This document shows, piece by piece, positions 1 to 9,582 of a stretch of DNA of 37,407 nucleotides (its first letter is position 1; each line of letters opens with the position of its first letter). The translations under genes and the position numbers were made by a program. Source of the DNA: Catajapyx aquilonaris. Lineage: Eukaryota. The notes beneath the pieces were generated by a model. That model was not told where the DNA came from, ran no database searches, and worked only from the letters and a program-made list of their open reading frames with translations. The stretch spans positions 1 to 37,407 of the forward strand of contig KZ539533.1 of assembly GCA_000934665.2 (NCBI GenBank), in the 5' to 3' direction.

Positions 1-90
1 ATCCTTTACAATCCTCAAAATTGGAAAATGTGTCCGATTTGATAGCATTTTCATTTATGTCGTCCTAAACAGGGCTCCGCGCCCACTGTG

Positions 91-970
91 CGCCGGTGCG
101 GGGTCTCACTGGAGGTACAGGCCTGGAATTTTCACAGCGTGGTGAGGAAGGTCCCATTGAGCCCACAAGAGAGTTTCGATCAATTCGAATCATAATTGAG
201 AGATCTACAAAGGGAGAAGTTTTTGAAAATCAGCTTACAGCAGCGTTGCTCTAGATTCAAATTTGGGAAAAATCTCGACGATATTCTGTGGAAAAAGTAT
301 TCCTCTCTTACTCCTCCAAAGAGCGATTAATTTGGGCTATTAGTTTTTGCACTAAATTGAAAACCGTGTCACCACCACACTGCATAAAATCGGAGGGGGT
401 ACTTCCAAAAACAGACCAGTTGGTAGCTGAGCGGTGCCTAAGGGCTAAACAGCGTTCTTTTTTGACCCTAAAAGGGCTTGTTCCTTCTAATGGGGTAAAA
501 AAATGTTTAAAAACAAAAGAAAAAAAATGTGTTCTTTTTGTTGACACATTGTTGAGTGAAGGCATCGCTCAACACGATGAGTACAGAGTGTGTCAAAAGA
601 ATATTGTTTAGTCCCTTAAATACAGCTCAGCTACCAACTGTTCCATTTTCGGAAGTACCCCCTCCGATTTTAAGCGGTGTGGTGTTGACACGGTTTTTAA
701 TTTAGCGCAAAAGCCAATAACCCAAATTAATCATGCTTTGGAGAAGTAAGAGAGGAATACTTTTTCCACAAAATAATGTCAAGATTTTTTCCAAATCTGA
801 ATCTAGAGTGATGCTGCTGCAAGCTGTTTTTTAAAAGCTCCTCCCCTCGTAGATCTCGCAATTATTATAATTTTGCATTGATCAAAACTCGGATGACGGC
901 TCAATTGGAACTTCCTCGCCGTGTTGTGAAAATTCCAGGCCGTACCTCCAGTGAGACGCCCGCACCGGCG
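91..970. mobile_element. Foldback/MITE-like element with ~380-bp imperfect inverted arms, in a Psa intron
   Basis: cgccggtgcg (91-100) is the exact reverse complement of cgcaccggcg (961-970); complementarity continues with mismatches through ~91-468 versus ~590-970. No coding capacity; outer termini and TSD unclear. Confidence 0.8.
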
Positions 971-1053
971 TTGCAAAGAGAACGCATCACCTTTGACTCT
1001 GCACAACTTGGCCCCCACCAGTCGGAAAAATCATAGGTATCTAGCGCCCTTAA

Positions 1054-1491
1054 AGGGACACTCCCCTCAAAATACAAGTTGGGTTCTAAAAATCGGGCAA
1101 AAAATCCTGATTCCGAGGGTATAAGCAGTTTTTCTTAGAGACGAACGGTAAGGCCAGTGTGAAAGCTGGAAGTGTGTCATTCGAAAACCGCGCGCGGGGC
1201 AGGTGGGCGCAGGTGGGCGCAGGTGGCGATGCCAGCAGAGTGGAACCGGGCGGAACTTGACAATGCTCGCCTGGCGCGGCATGGTGTTTACTGAGCACCA
1301 AGCTGAGCACACTATACTTCTCCGGTTTGCCGCGAGATGCTGTTGTATCGCCCTTCTTAGCAGACGACGTATGTAGATATATGATTTTCCGTGTTACCGT
1401 TGGGCGTAGAAAAAAACTGATTGCACATTCGGAATCAGGATTTTTTTCCCGATTTTTGGGGGCCAACTTGTATTTTGAGTGGAGTGTCCCT
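1054..1491. mobile_element. Kolobok-type non-autonomous DNA transposon (MITE)
   Basis: TTAA on both sides (1050-1053, 1492-1495); termini AGGGACACTCC...GGAGTGTCCCT with ~100-bp imperfect TIRs. RR...YY ends plus TTAA TSD fit Kolobok rather than piggyBac. Confidence 0.8.
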
Positions 1492-1854
1492 TTAAGGTTA
1501 AAACTCAATCAAACTCTTCACACACATAAACACCACAAAGGAGTAATATGACGTTTCTTCCCAGGACCTGTTATGAGGTTGAAATCAAGTAACTCAGGAC
1601 TTGTTTTTTGTTACGTATACAGATCCAACTCGACCATAGGTTCAACCCTGACTTGCTTTCTACCTGTTGTTACTCAACCCTGCAATTTAAGCAATGATTA
1701 GGTATGCAGGCCAACAACAAATTGCTGTACCATGAAGGTCAAATATTCAAGATTTGATTGCAACTCACAAGTACTCAATAAAGCTCCCATAATTCTTCTA
1801 CTACAGTAACTACACCATTATACTGTTGTAAACGAAGTTGAAAAATATACAAAC

Positions 1855-2152
1855 CAGAGGAGAAGTCAGCAATGGCAATGAGATCGATCTTAGGCAAAGG
1901 ATATGCAATCTGGAAGTAGTCCTTGTAATACGGTAGCACCTTTGTGGCTACCTCCAGGGCGAACTGGCCCTGTTCCTTCTTCCCCACTGGAGTGTACACT
2001 CGCACTTTCACTCCATCTGCTGACTGGCTCTCCACATGGTCAAAATCACCTACTACCACTGCCACAAGGTAAGTGGACATGACAGGGGTACGATCAAACT
2101 GGACAAGCCGTAAATTTGGATCAGCTGAATCAGGGCTCTCACTTTTCACAGG
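1855..2152 (-). CDS. Psa: Puromycin-sensitive aminopeptidase exon (PVKSES...DFSSG); gene continues beyond the left edge
   Basis: M1 peptidase motifs RTPVMSTYLVA and YPLPKIDLIAIADFSSG immediately before the expected GAMEN; acceptor ttctccag, donor G|gtttgt; 298 nt, phase 0 to 1. Confidence 0.95.
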
Positions 2153-3427
2153 CTGGAGAATAAAAGGGGTGGTTCTCATAAGTCTCAGCAAAATAATAAA
2201 TCACAAGCAAGTTATGGGGGAGTAAGGGAGGATGATATTACTACAGTAAAAGTGCTGAATTACTTGAAGTATGCTACATTGGGCCAGCCAACCATAAGTC
2301 AGTATCTGTTTATCAGCTAAGAAAAAAATTGTCATGCATGCATGCACAAAATAAAGAACATCAGCAAGTGATCAATACTTTCCACAGGCCATAGTTCTTA
2401 GTTAGTAATGGCAATACTCTACTTTTCAACCAGGGGAGACAATAACAATACTTCAGTCCTCCTTGTAAACCAGGATTGATTTCTAAAAACAGTGGCAAAG
2501 CAAATAAGCTCTACAGTAAACATGTCTTTCCCCAACAATCCATTCTTCAGTACTTGAACCCTGTTCCTTGCTACATAACCGCTCATGGATGTCCCTGCAT
2601 TAGAATGATCAGTAATTGCCACATAACAAGCACCAATGGTGCTGCAACTGGCAGGTGTGAAAAAGCCTGACATCTCTGCACAGAAAGTTAGTATGAAGTG
2701 TTTTCCTTTGGAGGTGAATGACACAGTTGGGAAATCCCATGACACTCTCCAATGTCATTTCACTGCTTAAAAATTGTTGTCATTGCGTCTCACATTACTG
2801 GCTATAACAGTAGATTGTGAGCCGACTCAATCAGTCAGTAGCATTTACAAGTATAAATAGGGGTTACTTGCTAAGTACAGATGCAGAGTATATATCTGCA
2901 ATCTAAGCATAATTTTTGCTACATGAGTCACAGCAAATTTAATATCAGTGAATCTGATTTAAATACCAGGTAGCAAGAGTCCCAAATATTTATTATTTTT
3001 ATTATTGACAGGGAAGTTTCCTTCACTGAAATTCCCACACATCAGATGGAGAAAACGAATCAAAGTTTTCTAAAAAAAATTGTATTATAAAATTGAAATC
3101 CTTCCAATTAACAATTTGTTAACAGTTGACAAGATAAGTATTGCAATTAGACATGCACGGACTGACTGTAAACAGAGAGAGAGGGGGGGGGGGGGGGTGA
3201 AGTACCAAAATCAACATTTGTGGCCCTGCTTGCAATTCTAGTCGATTTCAAAATTATTCAATATTATGGCCCAAAACCAAACTTACATCAGGCAAAGTCT
3301 AGGTCTGGCAGCACTACAAACTACTGTATATCCTAGTGGAGAACTGTTCCCTCCCGCCTACATCCCAGGCAGTGGCAAATATTATCAGTTCAGTCTCAAA
3401 TTGTCCATCACTTTGAGCATTACTCAC

Positions 3428-3578
3428 CATGTTGGAGAGTGTGACTTTTTCTTTAGGCACAACAAGAGCAATGTCGAAGGTTGCCTTGATGGCTGGCTCA
3501 TCCCAACACGGGAAGCACCTCCTGGCATCGGTGGCCTCGAACTGGGTCACCCCAGCAAATTTCTCCTCGCCTTGGAGG
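3428..3578 (-). CDS. Psa: Psa alternative exon B (canonical): SLQGEEKFAGVTQFEATDARRCFPCWDEPAIKATFDIALVVPKEKVTLSNM
   Basis: 151 nt; acceptor gcatcag, donor ATG|gtgagt; phase 2 to 0 fits both flanking exons; canonical TQFE..ARR.FPCWDEP motif. Confidence 0.95.
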
Positions 3579-3666
3579 CTGATGCAGGCGGGACAGAAAG
3601 ACAGAGGGAGAGGGGAGGGAGGGAGAAACCCGAGTAAGACAGATGAGTACAGATCCAAAAACTCAC

Positions 3667-3817
3667 CATGTTGGACAGAGCCAACAGGTCCTGGGGCACC
3701 ACTACTGATAGAGTGAATGCAGCCCTTAGCGCAGGCTCATCCCAGCATGGGAAAAAGCGACGGGCACTTGTGGGGCAAAGCTGCGTCACAGCACAGTGAC
3801 GAAGCTCACCATTGGTG
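3667..3817 (-). CDS. Psa: Psa alternative exon A (variant duplicate): STNGELRHCAVTQLCPTSARRFFPCWDEPALRAAFTLSVVVPQDLLALSNM
   Basis: 151 nt, same length and phase as exon B, open frame; acceptor ttttgtag, donor ATG|gtgagt; aligns to exon B without gaps. Confidence 0.88.
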
Positions 3818-4864
3818 CTACAAAATCACAGTGATTGTCACTGTAACCTTCTAACTATCTTTAACACTCAGTAAAAATCACTCAATTCTTACCACATATA
3901 GTTTAGTTGTGACATGGATTACCTGAATACTTGACATGCAGTAATCAGTGAGTGTACTATCGCCTGAATAATACAACTTTTAAAAAACCTAGATATTCCC
4001 ATAGATTCCTTCCTAAATCACCATAAAACCTATGTGGGTAGCCATACCATGTCACATCTGAGTCATTTACAGATTACAAAGTAGGCCTACTATTATCAAT
4101 TCCCATTAGTGGAATGCAACTCTTGAAATATCCTTATCATGGGTCAAAAAATTGCAATGGTGAATTGAAGACACATTCATAAACAACACAAGTTATCCTG
4201 ATATGTATCCTTATAACAAGGGGCCATACTCATGTTCCATTCAAGCTGAAGCAGAGTACATTTGAAGTGTGAACACCCCAACTGTGACAAATGTAGGGCA
4301 GACTTTACCATTTTCCCTAAAAATTCCTTATTACTGGGGTCTGTTTGTTTCTAAAATGTTCGGTGATGAAACCGGTTCCCCCTGGACCTGTGCTACACAG
4401 CTTGTTTTTAGTCAATAGAAAACTTCTCTGGCATAACAAATTCCCACACCATGTTTTTCAGAATTGAGATCACAAGAAAATCAGTAAAAATTTAACAGAT
4501 GCTCGTCTCAGGCACTTCACTTTCAAATTTCATATACCAGTAGTCATATGTATAGGCTACCAATGGAAAGGCTTTTAAGTGGGCTTCCCAACAGTCTATG
4601 TAAATCACTTACACACTTGAAGGTGACATCACAGCAGAAAGCAGATATGAGTGTCCATGAGATTTTTACCAATACAAATGTGAGCTCAATTCTGATTACG
4701 CTGTATACTCCTTTGCACACTTATTTCTGTGCTTATGACTGTTTATCATGTTGCTTTCAAAGTAGTACAACTAAGGATATTATTCAAATACTTAACGGCT
4801 TGCATTTCTACAATACTCTGCCACTGCAATGAAGCAGCTGATAAACACAGTGTTAAACACCCAC

Positions 4865-5103
4865 CTGGTGTATTTGCTGCGATAAAATCCTTTCATCTTG
4901 TCATTGAGTTCTCCAGTAAACTCAATCCGGAGCTTTCCTGTTCCAGCAGGCAAATCAGATCCAAAGTTGAACTTGGCAGTCTCATTCTCAACAGAGAGGA
5001 TAACCTGTGGCTCATACTTCTTTCCATCTGCAGCCAAGTACTCTGCACTCTTGATCTTCAAGTCAAGAGCATTCAGCAATATGAAGCTTGTTGGTTCAGC
5101 AAT
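4865..5103 (-). CDS. Psa: Psa exon (IAEPTSFILLNALDL...KMKGFYRSKYTS)
   Basis: Acceptor atttcag, donor AG|gtgggt; 239 nt, phase 0 to 2; GELNDKMKGFYRSKY matches PSA. Confidence 0.95.
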
Positions 5104-5269
5104 CTGAAATTATAGTCCATTTAATTCTTCAATTCAAATATCCATTCCTGTTCACATAACAAGTCTGCCTAAAGTGTCAGAAACATAATGGTGGCATTGG
5201 GCTCATTAAGTTATTATGAATGATAAATGATCTTTACATTAAGAATTATCATAAAGATTCACACAATAC

Positions 5270-5577
5270 CTTAACTTCAATTTCTTCACTTCCATCGAAA
5301 ACAAACGTCTTAAGGTCAGGCTTAAGTTTAATTGTGTAATGTGTTGGCACCACATTCTTGGGCAAGCGCTCAAAAGGTATCTTCTTTGACTCAGGCATGG
5401 TCTCAAGCTTGGGAGTTGCTACTTGTGTTGAGAGTGGTGAACTTGGGACTATTACAAAGGGCCTGAGATTGAGTTTAACAGCATATGCTGCTGGACACAA
5501 GAATCTGGTTTTAATAGGTCGCAAACGTGATTTGGGAAGAAAGCTTGAAATGCGATGCAAATGCCTCAGAAGAGCCA
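5270..5577 (-). CDS. Psa: Psa N-terminal exon: basic extension followed by MPESKKIPFERLP (internal ATG at 5398)
   Basis: MPESKKIPFERLP resembles human NPEPPS MPEKRPFERLP; donor AAG|gtattg; pyrimidine tract and cag acceptor before 5577. Coding status of 5399-5577 is less certain. Confidence 0.88.
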
Positions 5578-5630
5578 CTGAGAAGGAAAAGGAAGAGATA
5601 AAATATTAGTAATCAATAGCATGGTATTAA

Positions 5631-6115
5631 CCCTCAGACGGTGACGTGCGAAATGTTCGCTCTCCGGTGACGTGGGCACTTTTTGTGACCAAGCCATATT
5701 TTTTGTTATATCTGGCGAAATACAGCACATTCGGGCTTCACCTTTGAGACAATCATAGTGTGATTCCTTCTACGACAAATAGCGTTTAGTTTACATTTTT
5801 AGAGAAAATTGTGCGATCAGAAAAAAAATCGGAAAGAAAATCAGTCTGGGCCAACTCCCAGGGGTAGGGGGATTCCACCCCTTGGTGGCCTGGGATGCCA
5901 CCGGGAGCCGCCAGGCCCCAACTATGCATTGCCACATAATTTATTTTTTCCTGGTCGTGCTATTTGCTCACAAAATTTAAACTAAACGTCATTCATCACA
6001 GAAATAGTCAAACGAAAATGTTCTCAAAGATGAATCTCGAATGTCCTAAATTTGCAAAGTTATAGCAAAAAAAGGGTCGTTGGTCACAAAAAGTGCCCAC
6101 GTCACCGTCCGAGGG
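5631..6115. mobile_element. piggyBac-type MITE
   Basis: TTAA at 5627-5630 and 6116-6119; termini CCCTC...GAGGG; subterminal inverted repeat cggtgacgtgggcactttttgtgaccaa, with ggtgacgtg duplicated at the left end. Confidence 0.9.
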
Positions 6116-7067
6116 TTAATTACTGTACTTGTACACTAATAACATATTGATACAAAAAATTAACTTGAGATTCTGTGGTAATAAATGAATTTGTAATCTT
6201 CTACACTCTTAACTTTTTCATTTCCATTAAGTTTCCACAAATTCACTAGAACAGCACAGACATAACATTCAATAAACAGAACACAAAAAGGGAAACTTTG
6301 GGAGGTTTATAACTAGCCAATTAGGAGGGGAGGTAAGCTAGGAAAATAGCTAAGTTTCCACTGTAATGGGGTAAAACTTGATTTTGTTCATGACTGTACA
6401 TATCTGGGTACGTGCCTTTCTCAGATTTAGTTAAGTTCACACATGCATGTTCAGTCCTTAAATCAAGGGCAAAGCAAGCTATTGGTCGTTTGTGGCCCTT
6501 GCTTTGTAAGCTACAAAATAGGGATATATTGGTCGCGATGAGACTTTTTGCATCCAAGGTAATTCCGGTGGTTCAATATGGTTTCCATATCTGGGGTTTG
6601 GCTTATATTAATGAAATTTATAAAATTCAGACCTATTTTCCTGAGAATTTTTTTTGCTCTTCCTTATGCGCCTCTACTAGTTTTATCAGGCTGGAGTCCG
6701 GGGTGCAACGTCTAGAAATTAAACTGATCAAACCAACTGTAAAGCATGTAAACAAGCTATTGAATTTAACTGAGAGTTCTCTAGATTGTAGAGTCGTGCT
6801 CACACTTGTCAGTGCTATCTCACCCAATGAAAATCCGGACGACTATCAGTATAATTGGGTAGTAGGCCTACAGGTTAACTGCTTACAAAATATGGTGCGG
6901 AAACACTGAGTACAAGACCTATTGGCATTCATACCCTCCTACAAATAGTTTCTGTTCAATGTCTTGCAAGTGACAATCTTAGGATTAGCAAGCAGAACTG
7001 TTGTAGCCACTAGTCACTCCCCTATATGTAAATTGTAAATATCCTTCTTCCAGCTATCAGGCTCATA

Positions 7068-7325
7068 TCGTCGGCCGGCGATCAAAACCTCGTAACTCCA
7101 TTTTGCGCGAAAATGGACTTACGTACCTCGTAAGTCCCTTTGCACAACTTTGCAACGGTGTACATGAATTCAACATCATCCTCATGAAAGGTAAGGTTTA
7201 CGTTATGCTATACTGTAGGAATAATTGTCAGCATGAACAGAAAACATGATTTTACAAAATGTTTTTTGTCCCTCCTGTAAAATTTGGTCTTGAGGAGTTA
7301 CGAGGTTTTGATCGCCGGCCGACGA
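7068..7325. mobile_element. Small MITE with perfect TIRs nested in the LINE fragment
   Basis: 7064-7099 is the exact reverse complement of 7294-7329; flanked by TA (or ATAT) duplication. Confidence 0.88.
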
Positions 7326-7708
7326 TATGTAATTTAAGGAACAACTCCCTCCGACTTTGGTTTAAGGGTGTACAAATTGAATTCTCTTTGACTGAATCAT
7401 GTCATTTATGTAATTTGGATGTACCCTTTACTATACACCACTTACTGTTGGAGTGTAAGCAAACTTTTCATCTCAGGACGACGTACCTGAGTAACCTACT
7501 CCAAGTTCCTCCTGATAGGATGCACTGGATGTCTACCCATGTCACGAAAGACTCTGCTTTCTCCGTATCCCCCCCGGTATAGTGAAGATTTTGGACACGT
7601 GTGATTTGTGTTGATTTCTTTCATTATTGTGTCCCTGGTTATTATTAAATATATGTAGGTTGGGGCTGAGATCCCCCCTAAAGACCCACAAGGGTCACCA
7701 CATGGTAC

Positions 7709-7765
<57 letters not shown>

Positions 7766-7799
7766 TTATAATTATAATAATAATAATAATAATAATAAT
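7709..7799. repeat. (AAT)n microsatellite, probable LINE tail
   Basis: Directly visible, with a short ATT interruption. Confidence 0.95.
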
Positions 7800-9090
7800 C
7801 CCATCTAAAAGACATGCTGCATAGACATATCATAATATCAAGGTGACTTTACACCTTCCAGTTATTGTGTAACAAAGTGCAATAGCACCTTATCTGGAAG
7901 TAAAAAATGCTGATAAAAAAACACAAGATAAGTGCATGACCATGAACCAGACCAGTGGACATATCTGTTTAAAACATGGCACAACTAGAATAAACTTAAA
8001 CTCTGGTTAACCACTCATTACATTTCAGTCCCAGTGCAGAGGTGAGCTAAAATCTGCAACACAGGTATACATTCACATATATTTTGGTATTGAAAATATA
8101 TTGTTAATCCTGTTTTTTCAAAATAGCAAAATGCAGAAGTATTACTCAACTAAGTCAGCTGTGCCTGGCATGTGTCATGGAAGATGAAGGCGATGATAGC
8201 ATAGAAATACATGGTTAATAACAATCGTACATACAAGACTGAACAAAAGTTCTGTCACAGGCAAGTTTAAGCTGTATCCAGGTTTTACTGCAACTGATAA
8301 GCTCTGAGTAAGTAAATCTAATTCCCTACATTGCATAGTCAGCTATATGATTTGTGTTTTTAAGAAAATCTATTGACCCTATAAAAGTTGAATGTGATCC
8401 TGACAAAACCCAACCCATTCCATTGAGTGCATTTTGTCTTTGCGGCACATCACCTGCTATTAGTGTTGCAACAAGTTTACAAGCTAAAAATACCTCAATT
8501 TCGATACAAAATCTGCAGTGCCATGCCATGATGCTTAACTGGTATACTCTGCCACAGACGAGTGTGACTGACAACAGTGAGAGAGAGAAGAGCTGCTCTT
8601 GGTGTTTACCACTGGAGGAGACACCCACTCCAGGGCACTGCCGGCCGTCAGTATGTCAGTGGGTTGTGGCCTCAAGGGCTGGTGTTCCACAGTCCAGCTG
8701 GACAAGGCGGGCACGTCAGGGGCAGGGCAGGGTGGGAGAGGCACTGCACCGGAATGGAACCCCGTTCAGGGCAGCACCAGGCGGGTATGGAGGTTGATGA
8801 GGGGCGATAAGGGGGAGAGGGCAGCTGGCTGGGCTTGAAGAGAAGAAGAGCTGACCGTGTGGCTGTCTGGCTGGCTCGTGACTTGGAAGTTCCTCATTCC
8901 TCCCCAGCAGGCTTTGAATGATTTCAGGGACATCTAACGGCAAGAGGGGGCAAATAGCAGCACCTGCTCTCCCCCTTCCAAAGGGAGAGGGAGGGAGGTC
9001 CGAACGGAACAAACCGTGTCTGCCTGCATGCCTCGGATAACGGTACTCTCTCCCCCTCAGACCAGCCGGACATACAAGGACGCGCGCCCC

Positions 9091-9098
9091 TTTTTATA
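9091..9098 (-). promoter_or_regulatory. Candidate TATA box
   Basis: Minus strand reads TATAAAAAGGGGCGCGCG; ccaattgg lies ~120 nt upstream. Motif evidence only. Confidence 0.35.
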
Positions 9099-9532
9099 TT
9101 CAGACCAAAACACCGTACCGCAAGGAAGGTTAGACACAAAAAAAAGGAAGAAGGGAAGAAAGAACAGGCCGATCATGAAAAGCCTCAAGGTCCTGTCCGT
9201 CCCTGCGTGCCATCTGCCAATTGGCCAGCTTCACATGGAAGCGCGCCATTCAACCGGACGTACGGTACATCCCGTGCTCCGATAATGAAACCTTTGCTGC
9301 TTGCGGAACTGTATTTTGCAACAGGAACTTTCACTTTCAAACTCAATACATTCTGCAGGTCATCCTTGTTTATAGACACTCTTCAGTTGAACCTGCGGTA
9401 CTTTAACCATTGCACTTGATATGTGGTGCGGTGTTCATATCGTCCAATGTAAAAGTACTACCTCCCATAACTTTTCAAGGACTGTCAAGGTGCAGTATAG
9501 ATCATTTATTTTACATGAGCGGATGAGCTTAC

Positions 9533-9582
9533 CCTCTTGGAATGTGCAATCGATGTACCAGGCCAGGAAGCCCTCTCGCCAT
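9533..9582 (-). other. Candidate Psa first exon (MARGLPGLVHRLHIPR, donor GG|gtaagc)
   Basis: aaaaATGGCG start context, 50 open nt and a strong donor upstream of Psa on the same strand; no homology support. Confidence 0.45.

Larger units (their letters stand above)
6380..7799 (+). mobile_element. 5'-truncated, decayed non-LTR retrotransposon (ORF2 3' end), antisense to Psa
   Basis: ORF 6412-6909 resembles the post-RT thumb region (LFASKVIPVVQYGFHIWG...IQ...IRLESG); CCHC knuckle CHLCNLDVPFTIHHLLLEC at ~7400-7460; ends in an (AAT)n tract. Boundaries approximate. Confidence 0.75.

Noticed and set aside
4277..4289. 12/13 complement to 2719-2731 spanning both alternative exons
   Set aside because: About one such match is expected by chance between kb-sized introns, and skipping both exons would frameshift.
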